Source: an uncultured Planctomycetales bacterium
GTDB lineage: Bacteria; Omnitrophota; Gorgyraeia; Gygaellales; Profunditerraquicolaceae
Reading direction: 5' to 3'
Assembly (NCBI GenBank): GCA_964645795.1
Contig: CAZYCL010000001.1
Coordinates: forward strand, 159,194-223,193
DNA: 64,000 nucleotides
Shown: positions 48,608 through 57,717 of the stretch, in pieces
Layout: every line of letters begins with the position of its first letter
Numbering within the stretch: position 1 is the first letter of the stretch
Program-made: the position numbers and the translations under genes
Notes under the pieces: model-generated
Seen by the model: the letters and a program-made list of their open reading frames with translations, nothing else
Told to the model about the DNA's origin: nothing
The model's database searches: none

Positions 48608-48688
48608 GCGGAGATGGCGGAATGGCAGACGCGCTGGTCTCAGAAGCCAGTGTCGAAAGACATGAGGGTTCAACTCCCTCTCTCCGCA
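48608..48688 (+). tRNA. tRNA-Leu (anticodon CAG), type II with long variable arm
   Basis: Acceptor stem GCGGAGA/TCTCCGC, anticodon loop CUCAGAA, long variable arm, T-arm GGGTTCAACTCCC. No encoded CCA. Confidence 0.8.
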
Positions 48689-48726
48689 TTTTACTTCAGT
48701 AGAGAGGGACTCTCTGCGCGCCATTA

Positions 48727-50169
48727 CTAACCCCCCTCCTGATATTCGGGGTCGATATTAATATCCCAAAGATTAAAAGGGGAACCCGGGAGCTTAAGAT
48801 AATTGCGGGCCGCAAGTATCCCGCTTATAATCGAGTGGTCCTGGTTGTTGTATTTATGCAAGCCCGCCCTGCCCATGGAAGACAGGTTAACGAACCGGCC
48901 TAAGCTTGACTTCAGCAGCTCATAATAACCCTGAAAACCCAGATAATGAACGGGGTAAGCTTGCGGCTCGCGGACAATCCGGGAGCTCAGGAGTTCGCGT
49001 TTTTTGATCAAACCCATTTTTACCAGTTCATCGACTGCCATATCTATGAGCGAGTGATCCGCCTCACTCCAAAGCTTATCTGACTTAAAGACGAAGTACT
49101 CGGCGCTCAGGGCGGTAGTATTCTCATCCTTTACCATCGCTTTTGAAAAATTATTATAATTCGCTATTCTGGCAACTTTAATATCCGGGGCATGGATATA
49201 AATCCATTGGTCCGCGAAAACTTCCTTTTTCCCTATTAACAGATCCACCGTTATATGGCCCCTGTATCTGAGCCTGCCCACGCTTTCAAGGATTCCAGGC
49301 GGCTCAGGAGGATCCAGCATACCGAAAAAATCTGCCAAGGGCATACTGCTAAAGAAATGCTTGGCGCTAATACGGGTCCTCTCTGCGCCCGGGCCCAGCA
49401 CATCCACTGAATCGATAACGTTATCTTTCCTGTTAAAAGCGATTACATCGCTTTCCGGCATCAATACAGCGCCCCGCGAAAGCGCCTTTGCGCACATCGC
49501 CTCATACATCTGGCCGGCGCCCAGCGAAGGATAATTGAATTCTGCGACAAGCGTCCTTATTTTATTATTCTTGCCTTTGAATATCCCATTTTTAATAAGT
49601 TTGAACGCATCCAGCCCCTTGATCCTTTGTGAAGCCCATTCTAATCCGATCTGGCCGCAGGGAATACCCCATATCTTCTCCGTATACGTCTTAAAAAATA
49701 TCTCGAAGAGCCTCCTGCCGAACCTCTCGACTATCCAGTCTTCGAAAGTAACGGGCTTCTTCTTGTTCAACTGGGAGATAAACAGGGAATACATGCAGGC
49801 AAAAGAATCCAGCAAACCCAGCTTCACCAATACCTCTACGGGCTCGATGGGATAGTTGAAATATTTACGTTTATAGTAGATACGGGTAAGGCGTTTTACG
49901 GGCTTGAAGTCTTCGCCCAGGAGATCATGCCAGAGCTGCATGACTTCGGTATTTTTGGTAAAGAAACGGTGCGGCCCGATGTCAAACCTTGCACCGTCCA
50001 TGATTTCGGTCCTGGCCAGGCCTCCGGGCAGCCTGTTCCTGTCAATGATCAGGATATCCCGGATACCGTTTTTAACCAGCTCATGGGCAGCGCCTAAGCC
50101 CGCTGGCCCGGCCCCCACGATGCAGCACTCGCAAGACCTTGAAATAACATTTTCGGTCATATTATTCAA
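48727..50169 (-). CDS. FAD-dependent oxidoreductase (amine-oxidase / UDP-galactopyranose-mutase-like)
   Basis: N-terminal GAGPAGLGAA Rossmann motif; TYTEKIWG motif resembling UGM. Confidence 0.55.
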   Translation of the reverse strand: MNNMTENVISRSCECCIVGAGPAGLGAAHELVKNGIRDILIIDRNRLPGGLARTEIMDGARFDIGPHRFFTKNTEVMQLWHDLLGEDFKPVKRLTRIYYKRKYFNYPIEPVEVLVKLGLLDSFACMYSLFISQLNKKKPVTFEDWIVERFGRRLFEIFFKTYTEKIWGIPCGQIGLEWASQRIKGLDAFKLIKNGIFKGKNNKIRTLVAEFNYPSLGAGQMYEAMCAKALSRGAVLMPESDVIAFNRKDNVIDSVDVLGPGAERTRISAKHFFSSMPLADFFGMLDPPEPPGILESVGRLRYRGHITVDLLIGKKEVFADQWIYIHAPDIKVARIANYNNFSKAMVKDENTTALSAEYFVFKSDKLWSEADHSLIDMAVDELVKMGLIKKRELLSSRIVREPQAYPVHYLGFQGYYELLKSSLGRFVNLSSMGRAGLHKYNNQDHSIISGILAARNYLKLPGSPFNLWDINIDPEYQEGG

Positions 50170-50189
50170 TGCTTAACAGGAGGCAGGGC

Positions 50190-50882
50190 CTACTGTTTGT
50201 CATGGTCAATCTTTACCTTGTAAACATATCCCATAAACATGGGCCAGTAGAGGCCGAAGAGCACAGACCAGATGATCTCGCCAAGCGGGATACCCCAATA
50301 AAGCCTGCCCAAAGGCGTTGATATCTTCCATTGGTTGACAAAATCCGGCCATATTAGAAATATCAGCTTGACCAGAGGAAGATAAAACAGCGGGTATTTC
50401 CAGAGGCCATCCATACCAAGCCGGCGCAGATGGGGCTGCCTGATATATAAAACTATACCCACAACCAGGCACACAAGAAGAAAGGCAAACATGCTGTCCG
50501 CTTTGCAAAAATACATGGTCAGGAAAAACAAAAGCGATCCGCCTCCTACTGTACTGCCACGCTTTAATATCTGCGAAAAGCCGGATACGCCGGCACTGAT
50601 CCTGCGGTACGGATAGCTTACGATAAACCACGCCCCTGCGGCCACGGCATAGGTACAGAGCAGATCCTCAATACCAAGCGCCATCCCCCCCAGCCTCACC
50701 GGAGCCCAGTAGTTATCCTTTAGGAGTACAACGAAAGCAAAACACGGCAAATTGGTAACGCCGCTTAAGAATACGAGCCAATGCTGGCGAGGGGTAAGCA
50801 GCTTCCTGCCTAGAAAGATAAGCAATGTAACGCTTATGAGATTACTAACTAAATAGGGGTAATCCGGGAGTATTCTTAGCAT
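50190..50882 (-). CDS. Hypothetical integral membrane protein
   Basis: Multiple TM helices; no family recognised. Confidence 0.5.
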   Translation of the reverse strand: MLRILPDYPYLVSNLISVTLLIFLGRKLLTPRQHWLVFLSGVTNLPCFAFVVLLKDNYWAPVRLGGMALGIEDLLCTYAVAAGAWFIVSYPYRRISAGVSGFSQILKRGSTVGGGSLLFFLTMYFCKADSMFAFLLVCLVVGIVLYIRQPHLRRLGMDGLWKYPLFYLPLVKLIFLIWPDFVNQWKISTPLGRLYWGIPLGEIIWSVLFGLYWPMFMGYVYKVKIDHDKQ

Positions 50883-50975
50883 TCACATGGTAGTTTTTAG
50901 TCAATCAATTATACCAAAACCTTAATGATAATTCAGCATAATTAATAAAACTCAATAAATTCGGGGCTAAAAGAA

Positions 50976-51041
50976 ACGGGGACGGTTCGAAAAAAATGGG
51001 GACAAAAAATGGGGACGGTTCTCCAAAAGAGAACCGTCCCC
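50976..51041. repeat. Palindromic repeat element GGGGACGGTTCTC-loop-GAGAACCGTCCCC with two upstream partial GGGGAC(GGTTC) copies (copy B)
   Basis: 51011-51023 and 51029-41 form a perfect 13-bp inverted repeat; partial copies at 50976-88 and 50997-51002. Same sequence as at 30780-30835. Confidence 0.7.
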
Positions 51042-51075
51042 ATTCCTATGTTTAATTCTATTCTACCTTATACCC

Positions 51076-51660
51076 TTACGGCGATAAGGTAAGCGTGACT
51101 GTGCCGGTGTAAGTACCTGAAGGCTTGGCCGGGGTTATCACTGTAACTCCCGAAGCATCGCCTGAACCGCTGGCAATGCCATAGTAGATCCTAAGCCTGG
51201 AGTTAGCCAGCTGGGTGTTGGTATACTGAATGTTGTTGCTGTTGGCGTAGCTGACGTAGCCTCCGGAAAGCGGGGTTTCGGACTGCGTGGTGTTATTAAC
51301 GCTAACAAAGGTTACATTGACGTTGTTATTCAGGTTGTTTGAAGCATCCCTCTGGAAATCACTCCTGGTATGAGTGATGTTCCAGCTGGTGTGATTCGAT
51401 GTCACCGGCGCATCTACCACAAAGTAGGTGCCGGAGCGGTACACATTGTCCCCGCCGAGCGTCAACTCACCGAAATCCATACCCACGCCGGTAAGGTTTG
51501 AGACCGTTGACCAGTTGCCGCCGCTGACCTTGCTTAAAACCACGTTCATGGTGTGCGTATCACCGATGCTGGCGGCGATGCGTATGTCGGTAGCCGCCAT
51601 TACAGGCACGGCCGCGACAAGACACAGAACCGTAATTACTGCTAAAATCCTCTTAACCAT
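51076..51660 (-). CDS. Secreted Asn/Thr-rich beta-rich protein; candidate fiber/pilin-like subunit
   Basis: Signal peptide ending AxA, mature N-terminus ATDIRIAASIG. No Cys in the mature part. Confidence 0.5.
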   Translation of the reverse strand: MVKRILAVITVLCLVAAVPVMAATDIRIAASIGDTHTMNVVLSKVSGGNWSTVSNLTGVGMDFGELTLGGDNVYRSGTYFVVDAPVTSNHTSWNITHTRSDFQRDASNNLNNNVNVTFVSVNNTTQSETPLSGGYVSYANSNNIQYTNTQLANSRLRIYYGIASGSGDASGVTVITPAKPSGTYTGTVTLTLSP

Positions 51661-51967
51661 GCTGCTCCTCCTTTTTAAATCTCCCTGATTATAGATTAAG
51701 AAAACAAAACCTTAAGCCGCCTTACTAAAGTTATCCTGCCCTCTTTGCCTCCTTTCTCATCATTATTAACCCTTTTAAAAAGTGATTAACAACCGAGCAA
51801 AAAAATTTATGATATTTATAAAAAGGGAGGAAACTGGCCAGGAAACCGTGGCAATTTCCTCCCTTAAGTATGATTTTCCCGAATTTTTCAAAGTTTAACA
51901 TATTATTTAGGGAAAGTCAAGGCTGAAAAGGTATTTTTTTCCTCCTATGCCCAATATTGGCCTTGAC

Positions 51968-51996
51968 TTGAATTCGGCAGCATAAAATGGTATACT
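51968..51996 (+). promoter_or_regulatory. Sigma70 promoter with extended -10 (TTGAAT-17-TGgTATACT) driving riboswitch 2
   Basis: -35 at 51968-51973, 17-bp spacer, TG at 51988-89, -10 at 51991-96. Confidence 0.55.
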
Positions 51997-52022
51997 TTAG
52001 TTGTAAAAATTAGGAACCACTG

Positions 52023-52180
52023 AAAAAGGCAAACTAGCAGTAATGCTGGGGCCCCGCCGACTAAGGCGGGTCCCTCCTGACGAAAGCCGGGAGGGAGCAA
52101 AGCGACAGTTCCCACAGGGGAGGCGCCCAACCTTAAAGGATAGGTTGGCGTCCGCTTGTGCGGAGGGCTGAGCTGCCAGA
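52023..52180 (+). ncRNA. c-di-GMP-I (GEMM)-like riboswitch, copy 2 (variant with about 80-nt insertion of extra hairpins)
   Basis: First 27 nt (AAAGGCAAACUAGCAGUAAUGCUGGGG) are identical to copy 1. A GGAGCAAAGCGACAG junction-like segment is present. The 3' GGGCUGAGCUGCCA is identical to copy 1. Confidence 0.5.
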
Positions 52181-52185
52181 AGTAA

Positions 52186-52219
52186 CAAACCCTAAAGCTA
52201 TGTGCCTTTAGGGTTTTTG
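52186..52219 (+). terminator. Intrinsic terminator (riboswitch 2 expression platform)
   Basis: AACCCTAAAG-loop-CTTTAGGGTT hairpin followed by TTTTGTTT. Confidence 0.65.
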
Positions 52220-52238
52220 TTTGGCTAAGGAGAACGGC

Positions 52239-52496
52239 ATGAAGCTCTTCTCTATCCTAATTTCCGCTCTAACGTTAATGGTCTGCGTGTCTGCTGCCAC
52301 AGCCCAGGATATCCGCATCGCCTGCGTCATACCCGCGGTCCCGGGACAAAACGTTGCGCTCGTAAACGAACAATCCTATAAAGAAAGCAAACCTTCCTTC
52401 AAAGACGCGCTGGTACTGCAAAAACAGGAACAACAGGCCAGGATAGCGCAGGGGGCCTCTCAGGTATTCACCATTCAAACAGTCTACAGCAGATGA
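52239..52496 (+). CDS. Small secreted protein (85-aa precursor) downstream of riboswitch 2
   Basis: AAGGAG Shine-Dalgarno 6 nt before the ATG at 52239. Signal peptide MKLFSILISALTLMVCVSAATA; mature N-terminus QDIRIACVIP. The track ORF starts at a TTG at 52221. Confidence 0.55.
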   Translation: MKLFSILISALTLMVCVSAATAQDIRIACVIPAVPGQNVALVNEQSYKESKPSFKDALVLQKQEQQARIAQGASQVFTIQTVYSR

Positions 52497-55316
52497 TTAT
52501 TCGTCGTTTCTCCTAAGCGGGATATTATAATAGTAGGCGGCCCCTTCGTTAAGGGTCACTTTCCTGGAAAGAGCTACCGTTGGCAGGTAATATACCGGCA
52601 GGCTGTTCAAATCCAGCTCCAGGACATAATCTCCGGGCCTAACGGAGCTAAACACATAACGGCCGTTCTCATCGGTCGCTCTGCCCTCTCTGTTATTCAG
52701 GGTCATCACTGCCCCCCTTACGCCGGGCTCTCCGATATTCAGCTCTCCGTTACCGTCTAAATCTTCAAATACGTACCCTGATATTTCGGAACGGCAGTTT
52801 ATGCCGAAATCAAGCCTGGAAAGCCTATGATGAAGGATGCCGGTCTTCTGGGAGGCCGGGGCGGTAAGCACGAAACCCGAAGGCAGGGTCGAGGTATCAA
52901 GGTTGACATAAGCATTCTTGCCCCTTACGGATTTAAAGCGGTAATAACCGAACAGGTCCGTGACTGCATGCTTATTCTTGCCCAACCAGACCTTGACCCC
53001 TTCAACCGGCGCTTCATCCCTGTCCATGATGCCGTCGCCGTTTAAGTCTTTGAAAACATACCCCTCGATGTCGCCGCTTGACTGCCAGTTTAACCCCGTA
53101 TCCCAGTTATAACGCATGCCGGCGTTAAGGTTAAGCTCGTAACGCTTGGAAACATCCGGGTTATCCGCCCAGACGTTACGCACCCTGACCGAGCCGTACA
53201 TCTGGGTATTCCTATCCGGGCTGTAAGTCAGCTCGGCGTAGCCTTCTATGTAATCTTCGCCGGATAGAAAGCTCAAACTCGATGCGGAATCTTCCTCGTC
53301 GCGGTAAGCCAAGCGCAGCGTCCCGGAAAAAGGCCCCTTGCCGATACGATCGCTCCAGTCCAGCCCTGTTTCAAAAACGTTGGGCGTGGAGCGCGCGCGG
53401 TTATAAGTCTCATCCAGCCAGTTAAACTCCTTGTTGGCGTAGTAATAAAGCCTGCCCAGGAGGCTCAAGCGCATCCCGGCAAACAGCCGGTCGTTGATGT
53501 AATCCGACGGCGGATTGGAGAAGCTTTGGTACTTCTGATGGTAATACGTAGCGCTGAGCTCAATATCCCTGAACAGCCGGATACTGCGCACCAGGCCTAT
53601 ATCGGAGCTTTGATAGCGAAAAGGAGATATCCTGCCCAGATCGTTTTGCAGGGTATAATCAAGCCTTAGGGTAGTCTTGGGGTCAAAACGGTAGTTGGCG
53701 CTCCAGTTAAGGTCCTCGTTCAAACGCTGCTCGTCCTCCGGGGACGGATAGAGCCGGTCGCGATAAATATCCAGGAAAGAATAGATATCCAGCTTCTCGG
53801 TCGGCCTGTAATTGGCGGTAAATGACCCCCCCACCTCACCCTGGCGCCATCCGTCGCTGGTTATGCTGGTGAACTTCTTGCTGACATCCCTGAACTCCGT
53901 TGAGAGGTTAAGCTTCTCTCCTGCAAAATATAGATTCGAAAGATGCGCAAAGGAGTCGGAGTCAAAAGCCAGTTCCTGCCTTGCCTTCCAGGCTCCGCTA
54001 CCCCACTCGCCTGAGATATCATAGGTATAAGGGTTAAGCCCCTCCTCCCTGTCCCTGCCCCAGCCATGGGCGAAGTTAAGCTCATAGCCCTGTTTTTCGC
54101 CCGGTCTAAAGCTCAGATTAAAACCGTTGATATAGGCATCTCTCTGTTTGTAGAAATCCGGGGAGATCGCCCCAAAGGGAAGGCTGTTCTCCCGGCCGTA
54201 AAAAAGGGTGTACTCGAGCTTGTTATTAAAGGCAGGAGATGAGATCAGGCCGCCGCGCAGTGGGCTGCCGGTGTAAGAAAGATTGGAGAATTTCGGGGGG
54301 AAATCAAAGATATCAAACCCCCTAAGGTTGAAATCCTTAAAAGGGCCGAGCCGGCCTTCGGTCAGGCCCATAGTATAGCGGCCCAGGTCCGTCCTGTCCG
54401 TAAAACGGTTGACTCCGACAGCCGCGTCCATCCTGCCGTAAGGAGTATCGCCGTAGAGTTCAATAAAATGATTATAATAATAATCCGTACGCTCCAGCGA
54501 CTTAAGCCTTCTGCCTGATTCAAACGAGCCCCAGTCAAGCTGGTAATTGAGCCGGAAGTTGCCTGAACGCTCTTCTTCAAGTCGCATGCGTTCTTCAAGG
54601 CTTTCACCGCTAAGCCGGCGAGGCAGGATCAGGAATTCAATGGTCTTGCGCCCATTGTCGTCCCAGACATACAGATAGGTGTAGCCGATATTATCAGCGG
54701 ATACCATAAGGATGTCCGGCGTCTTCTGCTCGACCGAAATGATGATATTCTCCGTAGCCAGGTACCGGAGTATATGCTGGCCTACAAGCGAAAGCTTGCG
54801 GCCCTGTTCGATCTCCAGCGGCTGCCTTACCAGGCTGTCAATATCGCTTATTTTTACCACGGAAGGCGACGGTGTTTCGGCCAAAAAACGCCCGCCGTCA
54901 ACCTTCTGGGCCTGGGGAAAAGACGATATATCTAAGGCGGCTGCTGGCGGGAGGACTGCTTTGCCTGAGGATTCGACAACGCCGGGTTGGATTTTTTTGG
55001 GTTTGGCTGCACGGACAGGGCCGGACGCGGGGGCTGCGGCAGCGTTGTTGCCCGAGGCCTGCGCAAATAACTCTGTTTGCGATTTTTCTATATATATTTT
55101 TGCGGTATAACAATAAGGGTCTGCCAGGAGGGCTTTTTTGAACTCAAGGATGGCTTTATCGTACTCCTTCTGCTGATAATACAAAATACCCGTATCGCAG
55201 AAGTACTCGGCGGCAAGAGGATATGTGGCAGAATATGAAAGTGACGGCGAATAAAGGAAGGCGGCCAACAGCAGGAGTATTGCTTTCAAAGACATGCGGC
55301 CCTTATTGTAATTCAC
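52497..55316 (-). CDS. Large outer-membrane protein: signal peptide, TPR-like N-terminal region, secretin-N/pilus-formation-like module, predicted beta-barrel region and two C-terminal SdrD-B/Cna-B-like Ig domains
   Basis: 939 aa. The barrel-like middle part is rich in Y/W/F/D/R. The two SdrD-B/Cna-B-like domains carry the motifs GYVFKDLNGDG...DLFGYYRF and GYVFEDLDGNG...NGRYVF. Confidence 0.55.
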   Translation of the reverse strand: MNYNKGRMSLKAILLLLAAFLYSPSLSYSATYPLAAEYFCDTGILYYQQKEYDKAILEFKKALLADPYCYTAKIYIEKSQTELFAQASGNNAAAAPASGPVRAAKPKKIQPGVVESSGKAVLPPAAALDISSFPQAQKVDGGRFLAETPSPSVVKISDIDSLVRQPLEIEQGRKLSLVGQHILRYLATENIIISVEQKTPDILMVSADNIGYTYLYVWDDNGRKTIEFLILPRRLSGESLEERMRLEEERSGNFRLNYQLDWGSFESGRRLKSLERTDYYYNHFIELYGDTPYGRMDAAVGVNRFTDRTDLGRYTMGLTEGRLGPFKDFNLRGFDIFDFPPKFSNLSYTGSPLRGGLISSPAFNNKLEYTLFYGRENSLPFGAISPDFYKQRDAYINGFNLSFRPGEKQGYELNFAHGWGRDREEGLNPYTYDISGEWGSGAWKARQELAFDSDSFAHLSNLYFAGEKLNLSTEFRDVSKKFTSITSDGWRQGEVGGSFTANYRPTEKLDIYSFLDIYRDRLYPSPEDEQRLNEDLNWSANYRFDPKTTLRLDYTLQNDLGRISPFRYQSSDIGLVRSIRLFRDIELSATYYHQKYQSFSNPPSDYINDRLFAGMRLSLLGRLYYYANKEFNWLDETYNRARSTPNVFETGLDWSDRIGKGPFSGTLRLAYRDEEDSASSLSFLSGEDYIEGYAELTYSPDRNTQMYGSVRVRNVWADNPDVSKRYELNLNAGMRYNWDTGLNWQSSGDIEGYVFKDLNGDGIMDRDEAPVEGVKVWLGKNKHAVTDLFGYYRFKSVRGKNAYVNLDTSTLPSGFVLTAPASQKTGILHHRLSRLDFGINCRSEISGYVFEDLDGNGELNIGEPGVRGAVMTLNNREGRATDENGRYVFSSVRPGDYVLELDLNSLPVYYLPTVALSRKVTLNEGAAYYYNIPLRRNDE

Positions 55317-56178
55317 CTATCCTGAGTATGGAGCTATTTTCGCCAAACTCGATCATCGCTTCTTTTGTGACCACCGGTCCGCGGCCCAACTGCGCCTCCT
55401 CCAGCGCTTTACCAAGGTCAACGGTCAATACCAGATTGTACCTGCCCTTGGGCACTTTTGCCCTGGATTGAGCGACTAACCGGGCCTTGCCTCCTGGAAA
55501 AGTATAAATATTACTGAATTCGTCGCGGGCTAATACCAAACCTTTATCGTTGATTATATGGAATGTGCCGCCGGCGGTAATATCGACATTACCGGTGTTG
55601 ACAAAATCCAGCGTCAGCTTGAAATTATAAGGCTCTTTGCCTTTGGCGTTTTCAAAACTTATGCCGGCGATCGAAGCGGACCTCTCTGTCGTACCTTTGG
55701 CCTCCACATAGAAAAGCGTAGCTACTCTTAAAGCGATATTCATGCCTGCCTGCAATCTGTCCGAACCCTCAGCTACGCTTCCCAGCAGGGTTTCAAAGAA
55801 AAGCGCGGCAAAATAACCCCCCTTGGCTTCCTTCGGTATCTTTACGGAATATCTAACGCTCTTCTTGCTGAACGGCGCCATCTCCAGCTCCGCAGGACTG
55901 AAGGTTATCCAGGAAGCGCAGGAAAGCCCGGTAGTACGGGCAGGGACAAACTCTTTGGTCCCGTCAGCTGCCGGCAGATAATACCAGTCATTAAGGTAGA
56001 GCTTGTATGTCGCTTTTTTATCGCTCTGGTTCTCAACCGTCATATCCCCGTATATGGTCTGGCCCGGCTGGGCAATGACCCTGATCTTGGATTTGCTGAT
56101 CAAGGGCAGGTCGAAAGCGCAGGCCTGCGCGAAACAAAACAACAGGATACCAAAACAGCTGATCAAGATTTTTCTCAT
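55303..56178 (-). CDS. Secreted beta-rich hypothetical protein (possible periplasmic chaperone-like component)
   Basis: Start trimmed to MRKILISCFGILLFCFAQA (signal peptide). AAGGAG Shine-Dalgarno upstream. Confidence 0.5.
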   Translation of the reverse strand: MRKILISCFGILLFCFAQACAFDLPLISKSKIRVIAQPGQTIYGDMTVENQSDKKATYKLYLNDWYYLPAADGTKEFVPARTTGLSCASWITFSPAELEMAPFSKKSVRYSVKIPKEAKGGYFAALFFETLLGSVAEGSDRLQAGMNIALRVATLFYVEAKGTTERSASIAGISFENAKGKEPYNFKLTLDFVNTGNVDITAGGTFHIINDKGLVLARDEFSNIYTFPGGKARLVAQSRAKVPKGRYNLVLTVDLGKALEEAQLGRGPVVTKEAMIEFGENSSILRIGELQ

Positions 56179-56203
56179 ATTTCGACCCTGCTCCTTAGGC
56201 CGG

Positions 56204-57613
56204 CTACATCTCCAGCAAAGAGAACGTAGCGTTAGCCGAGTAATCTCCCGCCGGCGCCTCTTTCGGACATGCCAGCTCATATATGAGCCTGAACCTGTCC
56301 GCAGAGCCCTTAGGGTCTGAAACAAACAAAATCGTATGGCCTTTTTTTACTTCCTGTTTTCCGGCAAGCCTCACGCCGCCCTTGGAATCAAGGCTTTCCG
56401 TACGCATGGTAAAATAGCTAAAAGGTATGGACTTGCCCTCCTTGTTGGTCAGCTCCATGGATATATCCTGGCTTACCTGATAAGGCCTGCCGATGTTGCT
56501 TTTTATCTCTACCAGCAATACGCTTTGTTTCGGAGGCTGAGTAGGCTTTAAGTCCGGAAAGTTTATGTAATACCTCTGGTCCTGAGGGGTGATCACCAGC
56601 TCAAATACGCGCTCGATCTGAAGCTCAAGATCTATCGTCTCCAGGCGGCTTTGCGCCCCTTCTACCTCGAGTACGTACTGGATGCGGGAGCGATACCTTC
56701 CGGCTTTCTGGCCCAAGATATCTGCGGCAATATAATCGATACTAAATAGCCAGTCAGAGCGGCCGTCAGGCTGAGAGCGATAGATCTCCTGAGGAGCACT
56801 CGATACTTCGGTCTGCCTGGAAGAAGCGCTGCCTTTAGAGGCGCCGCTGACGAAATACTGCAATACCCCTTGCGTCAGCCTCGTTCCGTCTTCGGACTCC
56901 GCGGGCCTGGCTAATGACTGCAAGATCCTGAAAGGCCTGCCAAGGTCGCCTTTTATCTTTACAACCACCTGGCCGCTTTTAAGGTCGCGCCGGCCCGGCT
57001 CCAGGAAAATACTCTTTGAACCGGAAGCTGAGCTTATCTCTATAAAAGGCCTGTTGTCTCCGGTCCGCACATTGACCTCGATTTCGATGACTTTGGTCAC
57101 CGAAGCCAACGACGAAGAGATGGGGTTCAAGGTAAGGCTGATGCGGCCGCTATATAATCCCGGCGGGATGTCTTCGATCCTTTGAATGCCGAGAAAATAA
57201 GTGAAGGTGTCGGCGTCTCCGGCAGGATCCGATACGTAGAGGACTTCGTCTGTCCTGACCTGAGTATCTCCTGATGGTATGCGCAGGTTGCCGAACTTGT
57301 TCGAACCGCGCTGCGCCCGCATCACCAGATTATCTCTGATATAAAAACCCGGCCTGTCCCTGCTGGTAAGCGGCTGTATAAGCCTCTGCACTATTTCATA
57401 ACGGCAGCCGGCATCCGTGTTTACCGCCAGCCTTATTCCTTTAAAAAGATTGGCGTTATCCAGTTGCAGCCGGTATCCGCCCTCGGTAAGCGAGTAAGAA
57501 AGGTCGAAGACCGGGGCAGGATAAGCATTTGGACATAGTTGCAGGAATAATATCAAGGCGGGAAAGAAAAATCTTAGATAGGCCCTGGAGGCTAGATCCT
57601 TCAGAAATTTCAT
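56204..57613 (-). CDS. Secreted hypothetical protein with repeated beta-rich modules (469 aa)
   Basis: Signal peptide; no family recognised. Confidence 0.5.
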   Translation of the reverse strand: MKFLKDLASRAYLRFFFPALILFLQLCPNAYPAPVFDLSYSLTEGGYRLQLDNANLFKGIRLAVNTDAGCRYEIVQRLIQPLTSRDRPGFYIRDNLVMRAQRGSNKFGNLRIPSGDTQVRTDEVLYVSDPAGDADTFTYFLGIQRIEDIPPGLYSGRISLTLNPISSSLASVTKVIEIEVNVRTGDNRPFIEISSASGSKSIFLEPGRRDLKSGQVVVKIKGDLGRPFRILQSLARPAESEDGTRLTQGVLQYFVSGASKGSASSRQTEVSSAPQEIYRSQPDGRSDWLFSIDYIAADILGQKAGRYRSRIQYVLEVEGAQSRLETIDLELQIERVFELVITPQDQRYYINFPDLKPTQPPKQSVLLVEIKSNIGRPYQVSQDISMELTNKEGKSIPFSYFTMRTESLDSKGGVRLAGKQEVKKGHTILFVSDPKGSADRFRLIYELACPKEAPAGDYSANATFSLLEM

Positions 57614-57717
57614 ATGAAAATATTATACCATATATGCGCTCATTTTCAACATCTCTCCAAAATAATCGTTTAAGCGGCTTTTTCATTGCTTTGCCCGATA
57701 ACAGCCCGGCATAAAAC

